Origin: an uncultured Gemmatimonadota bacterium
GTDB taxonomy: Bacteria > JAAXHH01
Reading direction: 5' to 3'
Assembly: GCA_951812955.1 (NCBI GenBank)
Contig: OX638340.1
Span: 992,001-1,056,000, forward strand
DNA: 64,000 bases
A program made the position numbers and the translations under genes. This document shows positions 19,078 to 28,629 of the stretch, in pieces. Within the stretch, counting starts at the first letter, position 1; each line of letters begins with the position of its first letter. A model generated the notes under the pieces. The model ran no database searches, was not told the DNA's origin, and saw only the letters and a program-made list of their open reading frames with translations.

Positions 19078-20337
19078 ATGAAGATCACGCACGCCGAACG
19101 AACCGCACTCAACGTGCCCTTTTACGCGCCACACGTCGATCACGCCATGGCCCGGGCCAACACCCATAACGAGCGCGTGTGGGTATACCGGCTGGAGACC
19201 GACAACGGCCTGGTCAGCATCACCGACGGGCACGGCGCTTCGGATACCGCCGGACTGATCGGCAAGGATCCGTGGACCATCATGTGGGACGACGATATCG
19301 GGTTCGGACCGCAGATCGCCGCCTTCGACCTGTGCGGAAAAGACGCGGGCGTCCCCGTTCACGCCCTGCTGGGCAACAAGCTGAGGGACCGCTGTCCCCT
19401 TTCGTGGTGGGACATCGACATGGCGCCCGAAGACTGGGTCAAGGAGGCGGAAGAGTCCCTCAGACGCGGCTACACATCCTTCAAGATGAAGGCCCGGCCC
19501 TGGCGCGACATCATCGCCCAGATCGACGCGGTGAGCAAGGTCGTCCCAGCCGATTACCGGTTCGACGTGGATTTCAACGGGTTTCTCCTCACCCAGGCGA
19601 AAGCGGAACAGATCCTGTCGCAACTCGACCAGCGAGTCAACGTGGGGATGTACGAAAGCCCCTTCTACCTGAGGAAAGATCTCAAGGGTGCGCAGATGCT
19701 CCGCGAACGAATCCAGAAGCCCATCGTCGAACACTTCGGCGACGACGTGTGGCAGGCGGAGGTCAGCGACGGATTCGTGATCGGCGGCGGCGCCTCGGGG
19801 ACCATACGGCAGGGGACCATGGCGGCCGCGTTGAACAAGCCCTTCTGGCTTCAGATGGTAGGCGCCGGGATGACCACGACTTTTGCCGCCCATATCGGAT
19901 CGGTGCTGTCGCACGCCCAACTGCCCTACATCACCTGCAATGAACTATGGAAAACCGACCTGTTGACCGAACGGATCGAGGTGGTGGACGGGTACATGGC
20001 GGTACCCGACAAGCCCGGCCTGGGGGTGGAGGTCGACGAGAAGGCCATCGAGACCTACGCCGTCGATGACGACGAGCCCACGGCGGTCCAGCTGTACCGG
20101 AGCAGGAAGCGCATCCTCCGCGTGGTCTGGCCCGGCTTGGCCGGAAAACAGCGTGTCTGGGAGTTTACCGACGAGAGCATCTACCAGCCGGAATTCTACA
20201 AAGGGAACCTGCCGGGATTTGAATCGGGGGTGCATCTCGAGGTGATCGAAGACGACCAAAGCGCCGCCTTCGAGAAGAGACATTCGGAACTGGCCAGGCG
20301 GGAGGCCTCGGTAGCGCGGGCGCCCAAGGGAATCTAG
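19078..20337 (+). CDS. Enolase-superfamily enzyme, mandelate racemase/muconate lactonizing enzyme (MR/MLE) family. It is probably an acid-sugar dehydratase or cycloisomerase.
   Basis: 419 aa. An N-terminal capping domain is followed by a TIM barrel with the expected metal-ligand spacing. GGAGG lies 6 nt upstream of the ATG. Confidence 0.65.
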   Translation: MKITHAERTALNVPFYAPHVDHAMARANTHNERVWVYRLETDNGLVSITDGHGASDTAGLIGKDPWTIMWDDDIGFGPQIAAFDLCGKDAGVPVHALLGNKLRDRCPLSWWDIDMAPEDWVKEAEESLRRGYTSFKMKARPWRDIIAQIDAVSKVVPADYRFDVDFNGFLLTQAKAEQILSQLDQRVNVGMYESPFYLRKDLKGAQMLRERIQKPIVEHFGDDVWQAEVSDGFVIGGGASGTIRQGTMAAALNKPFWLQMVGAGMTTTFAAHIGSVLSHAQLPYITCNELWKTDLLTERIEVVDGYMAVPDKPGLGVEVDEKAIETYAVDDDEPTAVQLYRSRKRILRVVWPGLAGKQRVWEFTDESIYQPEFYKGNLPGFESGVHLEVIEDDQSAAFEKRHSELARREASVARAPKGI

Positions 20338-20349
20338 GTGCTATCTGCT

Positions 20350-20505
20350 ACCGGGAAGTGCGGGAACTCAACCGGCGGCCGCGGCTCGACCGGGAGATGC
20401 GGGATACCGGACGGCCGCGGCGTTTCCGGGAAGCGCGGGGTTCCGGCCGGCCGCGGCGTATCCGGGGGTTAGCGCGGGATACCGGACGGTTGCGGCGTAT
20501 CCGTT
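20350..20505. repeat. Degenerate tandem array of four to five ~36-39-bp GC-rich units (consensus roughly CCGGGARRTGCGGGAWMCCGGMCGGCCGCGGCGTWT). It lies in the convergent intergenic region between the MR/MLE gene and the ceramidase-like gene.
   Basis: Successive units begin with CCGGGA at 20351, 20390, 20426 and 20462. They carry internal CCGCGG and CCGGCCGG palindromes. Confidence 0.65.
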
Positions 20506-20512
20506 CCCGGAT

Positions 20513-21790
20513 TCACCTGGACCGGGGCCGTCTGAAGGTTTCGGGGATAACCCGCTGCACCCCCTCGATCACTTGCTCTTCCACTTCATCCGTGAAGCGG
20601 TTGGGCAATCCGAAGTATACCGTGGCGTCACCGCCTTCGTACCCACCCTCCTTCCATATCCTTCGGGACGGTATGTAGCCGGGGAAGTCATTCGCGTAAG
20701 CGCCGATCCAGATCTTCGCCGGATTGTACATACGTCGCAGCCTGGCGGCATAGTCCGCGACCACCTCCCCGGCCAGGAAGACGATGGAGAGTTCATCACC
20801 GAATGACCAGCCCTGGACCGGGTAACTGAGTGCCGCGGGGACTTCCACGCCTCGGTCCATCCGCGCGATCCACTGCCGGGCATGATAGCCCGCCGCACCC
20901 TCTTCCTCCGCCGTGGCCAGCCAGTCCTCGCGTGAAGGCAAGGAGTCATATGGCAGCGAGGCGTGGACCAGGCGGCATCTGATCCCGTCGGGAAGGGGCC
21001 GGGCGGGTATCCCCAGCAGCCGATCCACTTCTAACGCGATATCCTCTCCGTGACGGCGGGAATGTGATAAGCCCGTGCGCGGAAAGGGATTCGCATTACC
21101 GGCGCACCCGATGGTGACCAGGGCGACGGCGCCCGGGTGCCTTCGACTGATACGCTCAGCCGCGAATCCCGCCCAGTCGCCGCACATGAAGTTGTCCGCG
21201 GGACCGAATGTCGTACAGTGACAGGCATAGCTGACCCAGACCGCGCGCAGGCCGCCGTCCGGATCATCGACCCGTAACATGGGCATCACGTGATCCACGG
21301 GTCCAATCTGCGCGCGTCGATTCACCGCGAACCCGACGTGTCCCTCGCCGTAGGTCAACCTGGCCGGCCTACGTTCCGACAACGCACGCAGCCCGGCTTC
21401 CACCAGGCGTTCCTTCACATCAGCTGTATAGCGGTCGATTTGCCGCTGGTGCTCGGCCGGGATATCCGTACCGAACAGCATGGGGGCAGCGCCGGACAGC
21501 ATGGGTGCGTTGTGGGTGTGTGTGTAGCACAGAACGATGCGTTCCCGGTCAACCCCCGCCTGCCTGCCCAGTTCCCTCGCGACGGACTCCGTCATGGATT
21601 CGGTCACGCCGCAATTCTCCAGGACCAGCAGCAGAACCGGCCGCTCCGCGCCGATGGCCAGTGCACGGGCATACAGCGTCGACTTGATCTTCGCCGTTTC
21701 ATTCCGCCGCGCGCCGTAACCGCTCAACCGCACCGGGTAATCAGGGGTTACATCGACTTCAGATACGCCGGCTGAAACCAACTCGCTCAT
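20513..21790 (-). CDS. Neutral/alkaline ceramidase-like hydrolase. It matches the N-terminal catalytic domain only (425 aa); the C-terminal domain found in full-length ceramidases is missing.
   Basis: VDVTPDYPVRLSGYGAR matches the ceramidase D(I/V)TP-x-GY(A/G) motif. LCYTHTHNAPML matches the Zn-ligand THTHSGP motif. Both are recalled family signatures, not database hits. Confidence 0.45.
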   Translation of the reverse strand: MSELVSAGVSEVDVTPDYPVRLSGYGARRNETAKIKSTLYARALAIGAERPVLLLVLENCGVTESMTESVARELGRQAGVDRERIVLCYTHTHNAPMLSGAAPMLFGTDIPAEHQRQIDRYTADVKERLVEAGLRALSERRPARLTYGEGHVGFAVNRRAQIGPVDHVMPMLRVDDPDGGLRAVWVSYACHCTTFGPADNFMCGDWAGFAAERISRRHPGAVALVTIGCAGNANPFPRTGLSHSRRHGEDIALEVDRLLGIPARPLPDGIRCRLVHASLPYDSLPSREDWLATAEEEGAAGYHARQWIARMDRGVEVPAALSYPVQGWSFGDELSIVFLAGEVVADYAARLRRMYNPAKIWIGAYANDFPGYIPSRRIWKEGGYEGGDATVYFGLPNRFTDEVEEQVIEGVQRVIPETFRRPRSR

Positions 21791-21835
21791 CCACCCTCCC
21801 GTATTTACTTAGTAGACGCGAACACGACGCATACA

Positions 21836-23692
21836 TCAATACCACTCCGTCCTGTGGGGCGTTCCGGGGAAAAACACCGCGTCGACCACCAGCGAAAGGG
21901 CGACGCCCATGAGAAACCCGACGATCACTCCCGTGAAGAACGGCTGCGCGGCACGATACATCCGCACGCCGCCGATACGAATCAAGACAATCTGCAGCAG
22001 CCACGCGAGGAAAATCGGCAGAAACGCGTTCCTCACCACGCCGCCCACGTCGCCGATGGCCATGCCGACCGGATGTAAGGGCCACCAGGTGAAAAAGACC
22101 CGGCCCGCGATGACCAGGCCGTTGATCAGCATGCCTGACAGCAGGAACAGGGTTTCAAGGGCCCCGATCTGAGATGCATTCGTCGCCCAGACGATGGTGC
22201 GTCCGAAGAAGAACGTGCCCAGGCCGCCGGGCTGGGTATACAGGTTGTTGGCGCCTGCCATATGGGCTGAATGGACCAGGGATACGACCGACAGGACGGC
22301 GCTTACGCCTATCGCCAGGCATATACAGCCGATCAGGCCACGACCCCGGTCTTCCATGCTGGTCTTCAACCAAGCGATGTGGGAGAATCCGACCATCGTG
22401 AATGTCCGCCAGTTCCGCGCGAACCCGTTAGCCATGCCCAGCACGTTGATGTCCCGCATGGAAAGGGACGCCGTTCCGATCATCCCGACCGTGAAGTAAT
22501 TGGGTTTTACGGTGAGTTCCGCCATGACAAGTCCTGATTCGGCGACCACCCTGGCCAGCACCAGGTAGAAAGTGAACATGACGACGAGAAACAGCACACC
22601 CACGGGTATGGAGAGTCCGGCGCTGTAAAGCCACAGAACGGCGAAAACCGATCCACCGGCCAGTCCGGCCAGCGCCCACCGGTAGGAGAACAGTTCCCGC
22701 GCTTCGTCCTCGTCCCGGACGGGCCGCCATGCCGCGCGCCACACCGTAGCCAGGTGCCGCCTCGCGGTCCAGACCAGCCAGGCCGCAAAGACGACCACGC
22801 CGCCCATGAATTGCATGCCGGTCAATCCGCCCTGGACCACGCTGCCGCTCGTCGAGAACATGCCCAGCCGGCTCAGCAGTCCCTGCTCCAGCACGCCGAA
22901 CAGCTGGAAAAACCAGAGGCTGAAGAGGATCTCCGCGGGCGCGAAGAAGGCGAAGGAAAGCGCGTAGAGATTCAAGTACAGCGGGATTCCGGGGAAGTAG
23001 GGTGCGATTTCAAGGGTGACCAGCGCCCCCGGATGAACGGGCAGCATGGGCAGGGCGCCCCAGTAGGCCGCACAGTTCCAGGCCATGGCGGAAAAAGCCA
23101 GCAGGAGCCCCGCCAGGAAGAGGCGGTTTCGCGGGAATCCTGGTCGATCCCGGTTCTGATCCCCGCCGGATTCCCCGATGAGCCGCAGGGCCGCTTCCGC
23201 CATGGGGAATCTCAGGCGTTCGTACTCCATCCACTGCCTGCGGAAGATCACCACGATACAGGCGCCGATCAGCAGAAGTGCGGCGAAGAGGCACAGCCAC
23301 CAGAAGACGGGGGTCAGCCAGACCGACCAGGGGATCTGCTGTCCCGGCTGAATCCCTTCGTAGAACCTCCGCGCCGATTCATAGTCGCTCAGGTAGACCC
23401 AGTGAGGCAGATGGGGCAGGATGAGTTCATCCCACCGGTTCTCCGGCGAGGCGAAGTAGGCAGGCGCCGCAATGGCGGAGACCATGTACCGGGAGACGCC
23501 AAGGTCGGGCATCATGGACGCCGCCCAGCCCATGGCGAAAACCGTGAGGAGTTCGGTGCGGGTCAACGCCCGTCCCGGGCAGCAGGCCCGGCAGATGAGG
23601 TTGGGAAGCAGTACGAGTGCGAGAAACGGAAGCAGAAAGCCGGAGGGCAGGTGGGCGAACAGCATGAAGTCGTATCCGCCGCGATCGGCCAT
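21836..23692 (-). CDS. Polytopic integral membrane protein of unknown function (618 aa, at least 12 predicted TM helices)
   Basis: Long hydrophobic segments run throughout. There are no recognisable catalytic motifs. The large antisense ORF 22754..23932 is a GC-frame artifact. Confidence 0.5.
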   Translation of the reverse strand: MADRGGYDFMLFAHLPSGFLLPFLALVLLPNLICRACCPGRALTRTELLTVFAMGWAASMMPDLGVSRYMVSAIAAPAYFASPENRWDELILPHLPHWVYLSDYESARRFYEGIQPGQQIPWSVWLTPVFWWLCLFAALLLIGACIVVIFRRQWMEYERLRFPMAEAALRLIGESGGDQNRDRPGFPRNRLFLAGLLLAFSAMAWNCAAYWGALPMLPVHPGALVTLEIAPYFPGIPLYLNLYALSFAFFAPAEILFSLWFFQLFGVLEQGLLSRLGMFSTSGSVVQGGLTGMQFMGGVVVFAAWLVWTARRHLATVWRAAWRPVRDEDEARELFSYRWALAGLAGGSVFAVLWLYSAGLSIPVGVLFLVVMFTFYLVLARVVAESGLVMAELTVKPNYFTVGMIGTASLSMRDINVLGMANGFARNWRTFTMVGFSHIAWLKTSMEDRGRGLIGCICLAIGVSAVLSVVSLVHSAHMAGANNLYTQPGGLGTFFFGRTIVWATNASQIGALETLFLLSGMLINGLVIAGRVFFTWWPLHPVGMAIGDVGGVVRNAFLPIFLAWLLQIVLIRIGGVRMYRAAQPFFTGVIVGFLMGVALSLVVDAVFFPGTPHRTEWY

Positions 23693-23795
23693 GTACTGCG
23701 TGCCGAACCCGATTACACCCGACAGGAAGAGGCCGATGCTGGCCGCCCTGAGCGTAACGGTCTGGCGGTCCCGGCCGGCCGGGAAATCACTGACC

Positions 23796-25247
23796 TTATG
23801 GTTCAGGCGCCGTATCCAGCATCTCCTTGTAGATGTCTGCGTAGATCTTGTCGCGGGGAACGCATCCTACGGCGAACTGGCCGAGTTCGTTGTGCTTACC
23901 GCGCATCAGGGCCGTGCAGTAACTTACGGTGATACAACTCTTCTTACGGATCATCTCGCCGTGCTCAGCCACGTCCTTCGCGAAATCGGGATAGGCCAGC
24001 GCGCCTCTACCGGATCCCATGATGGTCGCCCGATTATCCCGGATATTCGCCGCACCCGCGTTGACCATGTATTTCTGAAGCCAGCTGTACCCGGTCCCCA
24101 CGATATTGAGTCCCGGATGCGCCCGGCAGAGCGCGGCAACCGCGCGGAAGTGCCGAGCGACGCCGAAGAGCGGATGTTCCGGGGCATCGTAGCCGTCCAC
24201 CGGCGATCTCTCGGCGGGCCGGCCCACATGGGGATTGTAATAGGGGCTTCCCATGGTGGCGTTTATCATCTGTATACCGGCTTCCCTGAGCAGTCCGATC
24301 GCGGCGATAGGTTCCGACAGGTCCCCCCGCAGCGGATCGTCCACGTCCACGCCGAATCCGGATAGAAAGGGGACGGGATATGGCGAACGGGGCGTGCCCG
24401 TGCCGGTTTCGGCGTCGGTAGTATAGGGAATGCCGTCGTAGATATTCATCCGGCTGGCCAGCAGCAATTCGTCTTTCGTTTCCTCCCGGATGCGTGCGAT
24501 CACGTTCCTGACCAGCCGCGTCCTGTTCTCGAGATTTCCGCCGTAGTCGCCTTCCCGCAGCCGTGCGGCCAGCAATTCGGAGAGCAGGTAGCGATGGCAC
24601 TGCTTGATATCAACAAAGTCGTAACCCAGTTTCCAGGCCAGGACCGCGGTATCAACGAGGGCATCCTCCACCCGGCCGAGTTCGGAATCGGTCAGCACCG
24701 GGTAGTCCGGAGTGACCGGGATCTTGCGCTTTTTATCGACGAGGGTGACCGGATCGGCGGAGGGATCGTGGAAGGCGATCAGCGGTTTTCGGTAACTGTA
24801 ACGGCCCGAGTGGGTCAGCTGCAGGCCGACGACCAGGTCGTCATCACGGCCGTGGACTGCCCTGTGCGCCTTGCGGGTCTGTGCGAGCAGCGACTCGAAA
24901 GACGCGGCGTTGCCATCGTGCAGCCAGAGCTGCCGGGTATTCGCCCGGGCTTCTTCCGCCACGGCCGTGGCCTCGCCCCATATAAGCTTGGCTCCGCCCT
25001 CACCGAACAGGCGCCATCGCCGGAAGACCAGTTCATCCGGCGAGCCATCCAGGTGCCCATCACAACCTTCCATGGGGTGCACGGCCATGGAGTTTCCGAT
25101 GGTCCTCTTGCCGAACCGAACGGGCCGCCAGAGGGGATCCAGGTCCTCGGTCAGAGGGATATCGTCGTTCAAGCCAAGGCGGTCGATATCCTGTTGCAGG
25201 TCGTCGAGTGAACGGTAACGAAAGTGTTTCGGCATGTATCCATCCAA
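23796..25247 (-). CDS. Old Yellow Enzyme family NADH:flavin oxidoreductase (FMN TIM barrel) with ~40-aa N-terminal and C-terminal extensions
   Basis: KRTIGNSMAVHPMEGC..., LQLTHSGRY and a pattern resembling an FMN-binding barrel. Confidence 0.65.
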   Translation of the reverse strand: MDGYMPKHFRYRSLDDLQQDIDRLGLNDDIPLTEDLDPLWRPVRFGKRTIGNSMAVHPMEGCDGHLDGSPDELVFRRWRLFGEGGAKLIWGEATAVAEEARANTRQLWLHDGNAASFESLLAQTRKAHRAVHGRDDDLVVGLQLTHSGRYSYRKPLIAFHDPSADPVTLVDKKRKIPVTPDYPVLTDSELGRVEDALVDTAVLAWKLGYDFVDIKQCHRYLLSELLAARLREGDYGGNLENRTRLVRNVIARIREETKDELLLASRMNIYDGIPYTTDAETGTGTPRSPYPVPFLSGFGVDVDDPLRGDLSEPIAAIGLLREAGIQMINATMGSPYYNPHVGRPAERSPVDGYDAPEHPLFGVARHFRAVAALCRAHPGLNIVGTGYSWLQKYMVNAGAANIRDNRATIMGSGRGALAYPDFAKDVAEHGEMIRKKSCITVSYCTALMRGKHNELGQFAVGCVPRDKIYADIYKEMLDTAPEP

Positions 25248-25310
25248 TTCTGTAAGAAAATTGCGGTATCATGAGGATAGCCCGCGCCGCATTCCTCTTT
25301 GCGGGACATT

Positions 25311-26465
25311 CTAAGGATCTGCGAACCATCGCTTCAATACCCGTTCCGCTTCCTTGTTCTGGGGGCTGAATTCTATCCTGTCCGAGGTAATCCGGCTCGC
25401 ATTGGGGTACCATTTCCAAATGAACAGCCCACGGAACCAGGGCAACCGCCCGACGGACCTGAACAGGGCCTCGTATGCGTTGACCTGTTCGTCCGGGTCA
25501 ACGCGGTGGGTTTCCGGTTGCTGATCGCCGCTCCGGCGACGCCTCGGCGGCCATTCCCAGGGCCGAATGGTGGACCCGGGTGCATTCTTGTAGCCTACTT
25601 CGGTGAATAGAACCGGTTTGCCGTGCTCTTCGGACAGTCGGCCGATGCTTTCTATGTGGGGCTTCCATCCCGAGATGATTTCGGTGACGCTCGGTCCATT
25701 GCTGTCGGTCAGGGGGAAATAGGCGTTGACCCCGATGTAATCGAGGTGGGGCCACAACTCGATCACCTCGTAATCCCGGTACCAGTTCGCCGCGTAGGTG
25801 AGTCTCCCGGTGTAGACCGCCCTGATGTCCCGGATCAGCGATTTCCAGAACTGTGGACGGGACCGCACCGGATTGGACAGTTCGGTGGCGATGCACAGGA
25901 TTGCCACGTCTTCCTCCTGTGCCAGTTCGGCATAGTGCAGGATGAAAGTCCGGTAATCCGCTTCCCACTGCCGCCATTCCGCCTCCGTATCGAAGTCGAT
26001 CGTCCCTATCCAGCCGTCATCCACGGGCCTGGTCAGCCAGAGGTGGGGCTTGAGCATCAATCGGAATCCCAGTTCCCGGGCCTTCCTGGCCGTAGCCCGA
26101 AGCCCCTGGTCGGTCTCACCCCAGAACCGTCCGCGCCGGTTCATCCGAACGGACGGCGTGGTGTGGTTCTCCATCCATCCGAAAGGCGTAAGCGACAGCC
26201 ATTCGATGCCCATTTCGCGCGCCCCGGGCAGGGCGTGTTCCGGCATCTCCCAGCGCCCGCCCACCCAGGACACACCCTTGTAGAAGTTCTCCAGCGCAAA
26301 GGGTTGTTCCTGTGCCGCAGGACGGTCTGAGGCCTGTTCTCCTGTGCGATATGCGGCCTGTTCCCCAGAACGATTCGCGGACGTCGCGTCGCTCCAGAAG
26401 GCCGGTTCGCACCACAGGAGGGCACAAACGATCAGCCCTGATTTCAGGTAGCGAATGGATATCAT
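25311..26465 (-). CDS. Secreted TIM-barrel glycoside hydrolase (clan GH-A-like). I use the internal ATG at 26465, just before the signal peptide. The longer ORF start would overlap pyrH.
   Basis: Signal peptide MISIRYLKSGLIVCALLWCEPAFW. Candidate acid/base and nucleophile regions are IATELSNP and VLFTEVGY. I cannot assign the family firmly. Confidence 0.4.
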   Translation of the reverse strand: MISIRYLKSGLIVCALLWCEPAFWSDATSANRSGEQAAYRTGEQASDRPAAQEQPFALENFYKGVSWVGGRWEMPEHALPGAREMGIEWLSLTPFGWMENHTTPSVRMNRRGRFWGETDQGLRATARKARELGFRLMLKPHLWLTRPVDDGWIGTIDFDTEAEWRQWEADYRTFILHYAELAQEEDVAILCIATELSNPVRSRPQFWKSLIRDIRAVYTGRLTYAANWYRDYEVIELWPHLDYIGVNAYFPLTDSNGPSVTEIISGWKPHIESIGRLSEEHGKPVLFTEVGYKNAPGSTIRPWEWPPRRRRSGDQQPETHRVDPDEQVNAYEALFRSVGRLPWFRGLFIWKWYPNASRITSDRIEFSPQNKEAERVLKRWFADP

Positions 26466-26484
26466 GGTGAAGGCATGGTTGAGG

Positions 26485-27216
26485 TCAGGCGAACTGGTCA
26501 GCCCCCCTTGTGATGAGGGTGCCGAGGTCTTCTCCCCGGCATATCCGTTCCATTGCGCCAGGAGAATTGAAATCAAAGACGTGAATCGGCAGTTTGTTGT
26601 CCCGGGCCAGCAGCACGGCCGTCTGATCCATCACCCTGAGATCATGCTGTATGACCGAATCGTAGCTGATGACCTGGAATCTTCGGGCGTCCGCGTTTTC
26701 TTTGGGATCGCTCGTGTAGATCCCGTCGGTGCCGTTTTTGGCCGAAAGCAGCACTTCCGCCCTGAGCTCCAGGGCGCGCAGCACAGACGGATAGTCCGTG
26801 GTCACGTATGGATTCCCGGTGCCTGCGGCGAGGAGGACGATACGGCCATGCTCCAGGTGACGGACGGCCCGGAGCCGGATGTAGGGTTCGGCCACTGTAT
26901 TGATCGGAATGGCCGTCATGACCCGGACGTCGCCCGCCCCCCGGGAGGTCAGCGCGCCGCGCAGCATCATGCTGTTGATCACGGTTGCGATCATACCGAT
27001 ATTGTCTGCTTCCGCGCGTTCGATACCCCAGTCCTGGCCAAGTTCGCCCTTGAAGATGTTGCCTCCTCCGGCCACGATCCCTACTTCGACCCCCGCGGCG
27101 TGCAGCTTCATGACCTCGCTGGCGATGTTCTCGATGGCTGAAGGATCGAATCCCCATGGACTTTCCCCCGAAAGCGCGCCTCCACTGAGTTTGACCAATA
27201 CTCGCTTGTAACGCAC
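26485..27216 (-). CDS. pyrH: UMP kinase. The start is a GTG at 27216, immediately preceded by GGAGGATCC. The longer ORF start would overlap pncB.
   Basis: YKRVLVKLSGGALSGE..., GIVAGGGNIFKG and the rest of the protein show the classic amino-acid-kinase fold motifs of PyrH. Confidence 0.75.
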   Translation of the reverse strand: MRYKRVLVKLSGGALSGESPWGFDPSAIENIASEVMKLHAAGVEVGIVAGGGNIFKGELGQDWGIERAEADNIGMIATVINSMMLRGALTSRGAGDVRVMTAIPINTVAEPYIRLRAVRHLEHGRIVLLAAGTGNPYVTTDYPSVLRALELRAEVLLSAKNGTDGIYTSDPKENADARRFQVISYDSVIQHDLRVMDQTAVLLARDNKLPIHVFDFNSPGAMERICRGEDLGTLITRGADQFA

Positions 27217-27226
27217 GGATCCTCCT

Positions 27227-28570
27227 TTATCGACTTGGCGACAGATAAGAACTGAATCGGACGGGATAGGCCGCCGCGCCTTCCAGCCGTTTGTACCGGT
27301 CGGGGAGGTTGTCAAGCTGGGATGACGCCGTTTTGCCGGCCGAGGTCAGGTCCGGAAGCGGACCGGTAAGCCCTCCGCTACGCATTACACATTCGAGCAG
27401 GGGTTCCCATTCCGGGGACCCGGCCGGCTCGTCGTCCCGTGTTACGCGATCCTCCACGAACTTCCCATGCCTGTCACGCCGCCGCCATACCTGCTTGGCG
27501 TACGGCCGGGTCTGCTTTCCCTCGCTCAGTTTGAACACCGGCCTCGTGCCGGAAGGCGATTCCAGGGCGGTAAGCTTGTAGACTCCGGTCAGGGACGGCG
27601 CGTCCGGCGAATTGACGAGTTCATTGCCGACGCCGAAGAGGTCCACGGGCACCCCGCGTTCGACCAGCGACGCAATCCTGTATTCATTCAGGTCGCCGCT
27701 GAGCATGATCCTCGTTTCCTTCAATCCGGCCTCGTCCAGTATGCTTCGCACCCGCCCGGCCTGATAGGCCAGGTCTCCGCTGTCGAGACGCACGCCCTTC
27801 AGCGCAGGACCGATCCGGACGGCCAGCCTGGCGGCTTCGAGCGGGTCGTAGGTGTCCAGCAACAGGGTCGTGGTGTCTGGGAACACGCGATGATAGGCAC
27901 GGAAAGCCTCCATTTCGCTCTCAAAAGTCATGATCCACGAGTGAGCCGCGGTCCCGTACGCTGCGATCCCGTACTGACGTCCCGCTTCCACATTGGACGT
28001 CCCTATGCACCCCCCGATGACCGCGGCGCGCGCCGAAAGGAGTCCCGCTTCGGGGCCGTGGGCCCGCCGGCTTCCGAATTCCACCACCCCCCTGCCCGCA
28101 GCGGCCTCGACGATTCGCGCCGCTTTCGTCGCCACCAGGGTCTGGTGGTTTATCGTAGCCAGCAGAAAAGTCTCTACGATCTGGGCCTCGATAATCGGCG
28201 CCGTAACACGGACCAGGGGTTCCCCGGCAAAAACCACCGTCCCTTCGGGAACGGCCCAGAGATCTCCCTTAAAACGAAACGCAGCCAGGAAATCGAAGAA
28301 CGTGCCGGGAATGTTCCTGAACGGCTGCAACGTCTTCAAATGGTCGATATCGTCGGACGAAAACCGGAGCGCTTGCAGATAGTCGACCGCCTGCCGCAGG
28401 CCGGCCGCGACGAGATAGGAACGCCGCGCCGGCAGGTCCCTGACGAATAACTCGAATGTGGCCCTTTCCCGGCGATCGTTCGCGAAATAACCGGCCGCCA
28501 TCGTGAGTTCGTACAGGTCGGTTGCCAGGGAAGGCGACCAGTGGATCGGGCAGGAACCCGTCTGGCGCAT
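27227..28570 (-). CDS. pncB: Nicotinate phosphoribosyltransferase
   Basis: LATDLYELTMAAGYF at the N-terminus. The size (447 aa) and the conserved regions fit the NAPRTase family. Confidence 0.75.
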   Translation of the reverse strand: MRQTGSCPIHWSPSLATDLYELTMAAGYFANDRRERATFELFVRDLPARRSYLVAAGLRQAVDYLQALRFSSDDIDHLKTLQPFRNIPGTFFDFLAAFRFKGDLWAVPEGTVVFAGEPLVRVTAPIIEAQIVETFLLATINHQTLVATKAARIVEAAAGRGVVEFGSRRAHGPEAGLLSARAAVIGGCIGTSNVEAGRQYGIAAYGTAAHSWIMTFESEMEAFRAYHRVFPDTTTLLLDTYDPLEAARLAVRIGPALKGVRLDSGDLAYQAGRVRSILDEAGLKETRIMLSGDLNEYRIASLVERGVPVDLFGVGNELVNSPDAPSLTGVYKLTALESPSGTRPVFKLSEGKQTRPYAKQVWRRRDRHGKFVEDRVTRDDEPAGSPEWEPLLECVMRSGGLTGPLPDLTSAGKTASSQLDNLPDRYKRLEGAAAYPVRFSSYLSPSR

Positions 28571-28629
28571 GTAGATCCGCCCTCTGAAGCCCGGCGCCTT
28601 GACGTCATTGCGCCGACCGCTGCCGACCG

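Noticed and set aside
26465-26576. Longer starts for the GH gene (26576) and pyrH (27315)
   Set aside because: Both longer starts would overlap the upstream gene by ~90 nt. Plausible shorter starts exist with proper signals: for the GH gene the ATG at 26465 sits immediately before its signal peptide, and for pyrH a GTG at 27216 follows GGAGG, four residues before the conserved KRVLVKLSG.
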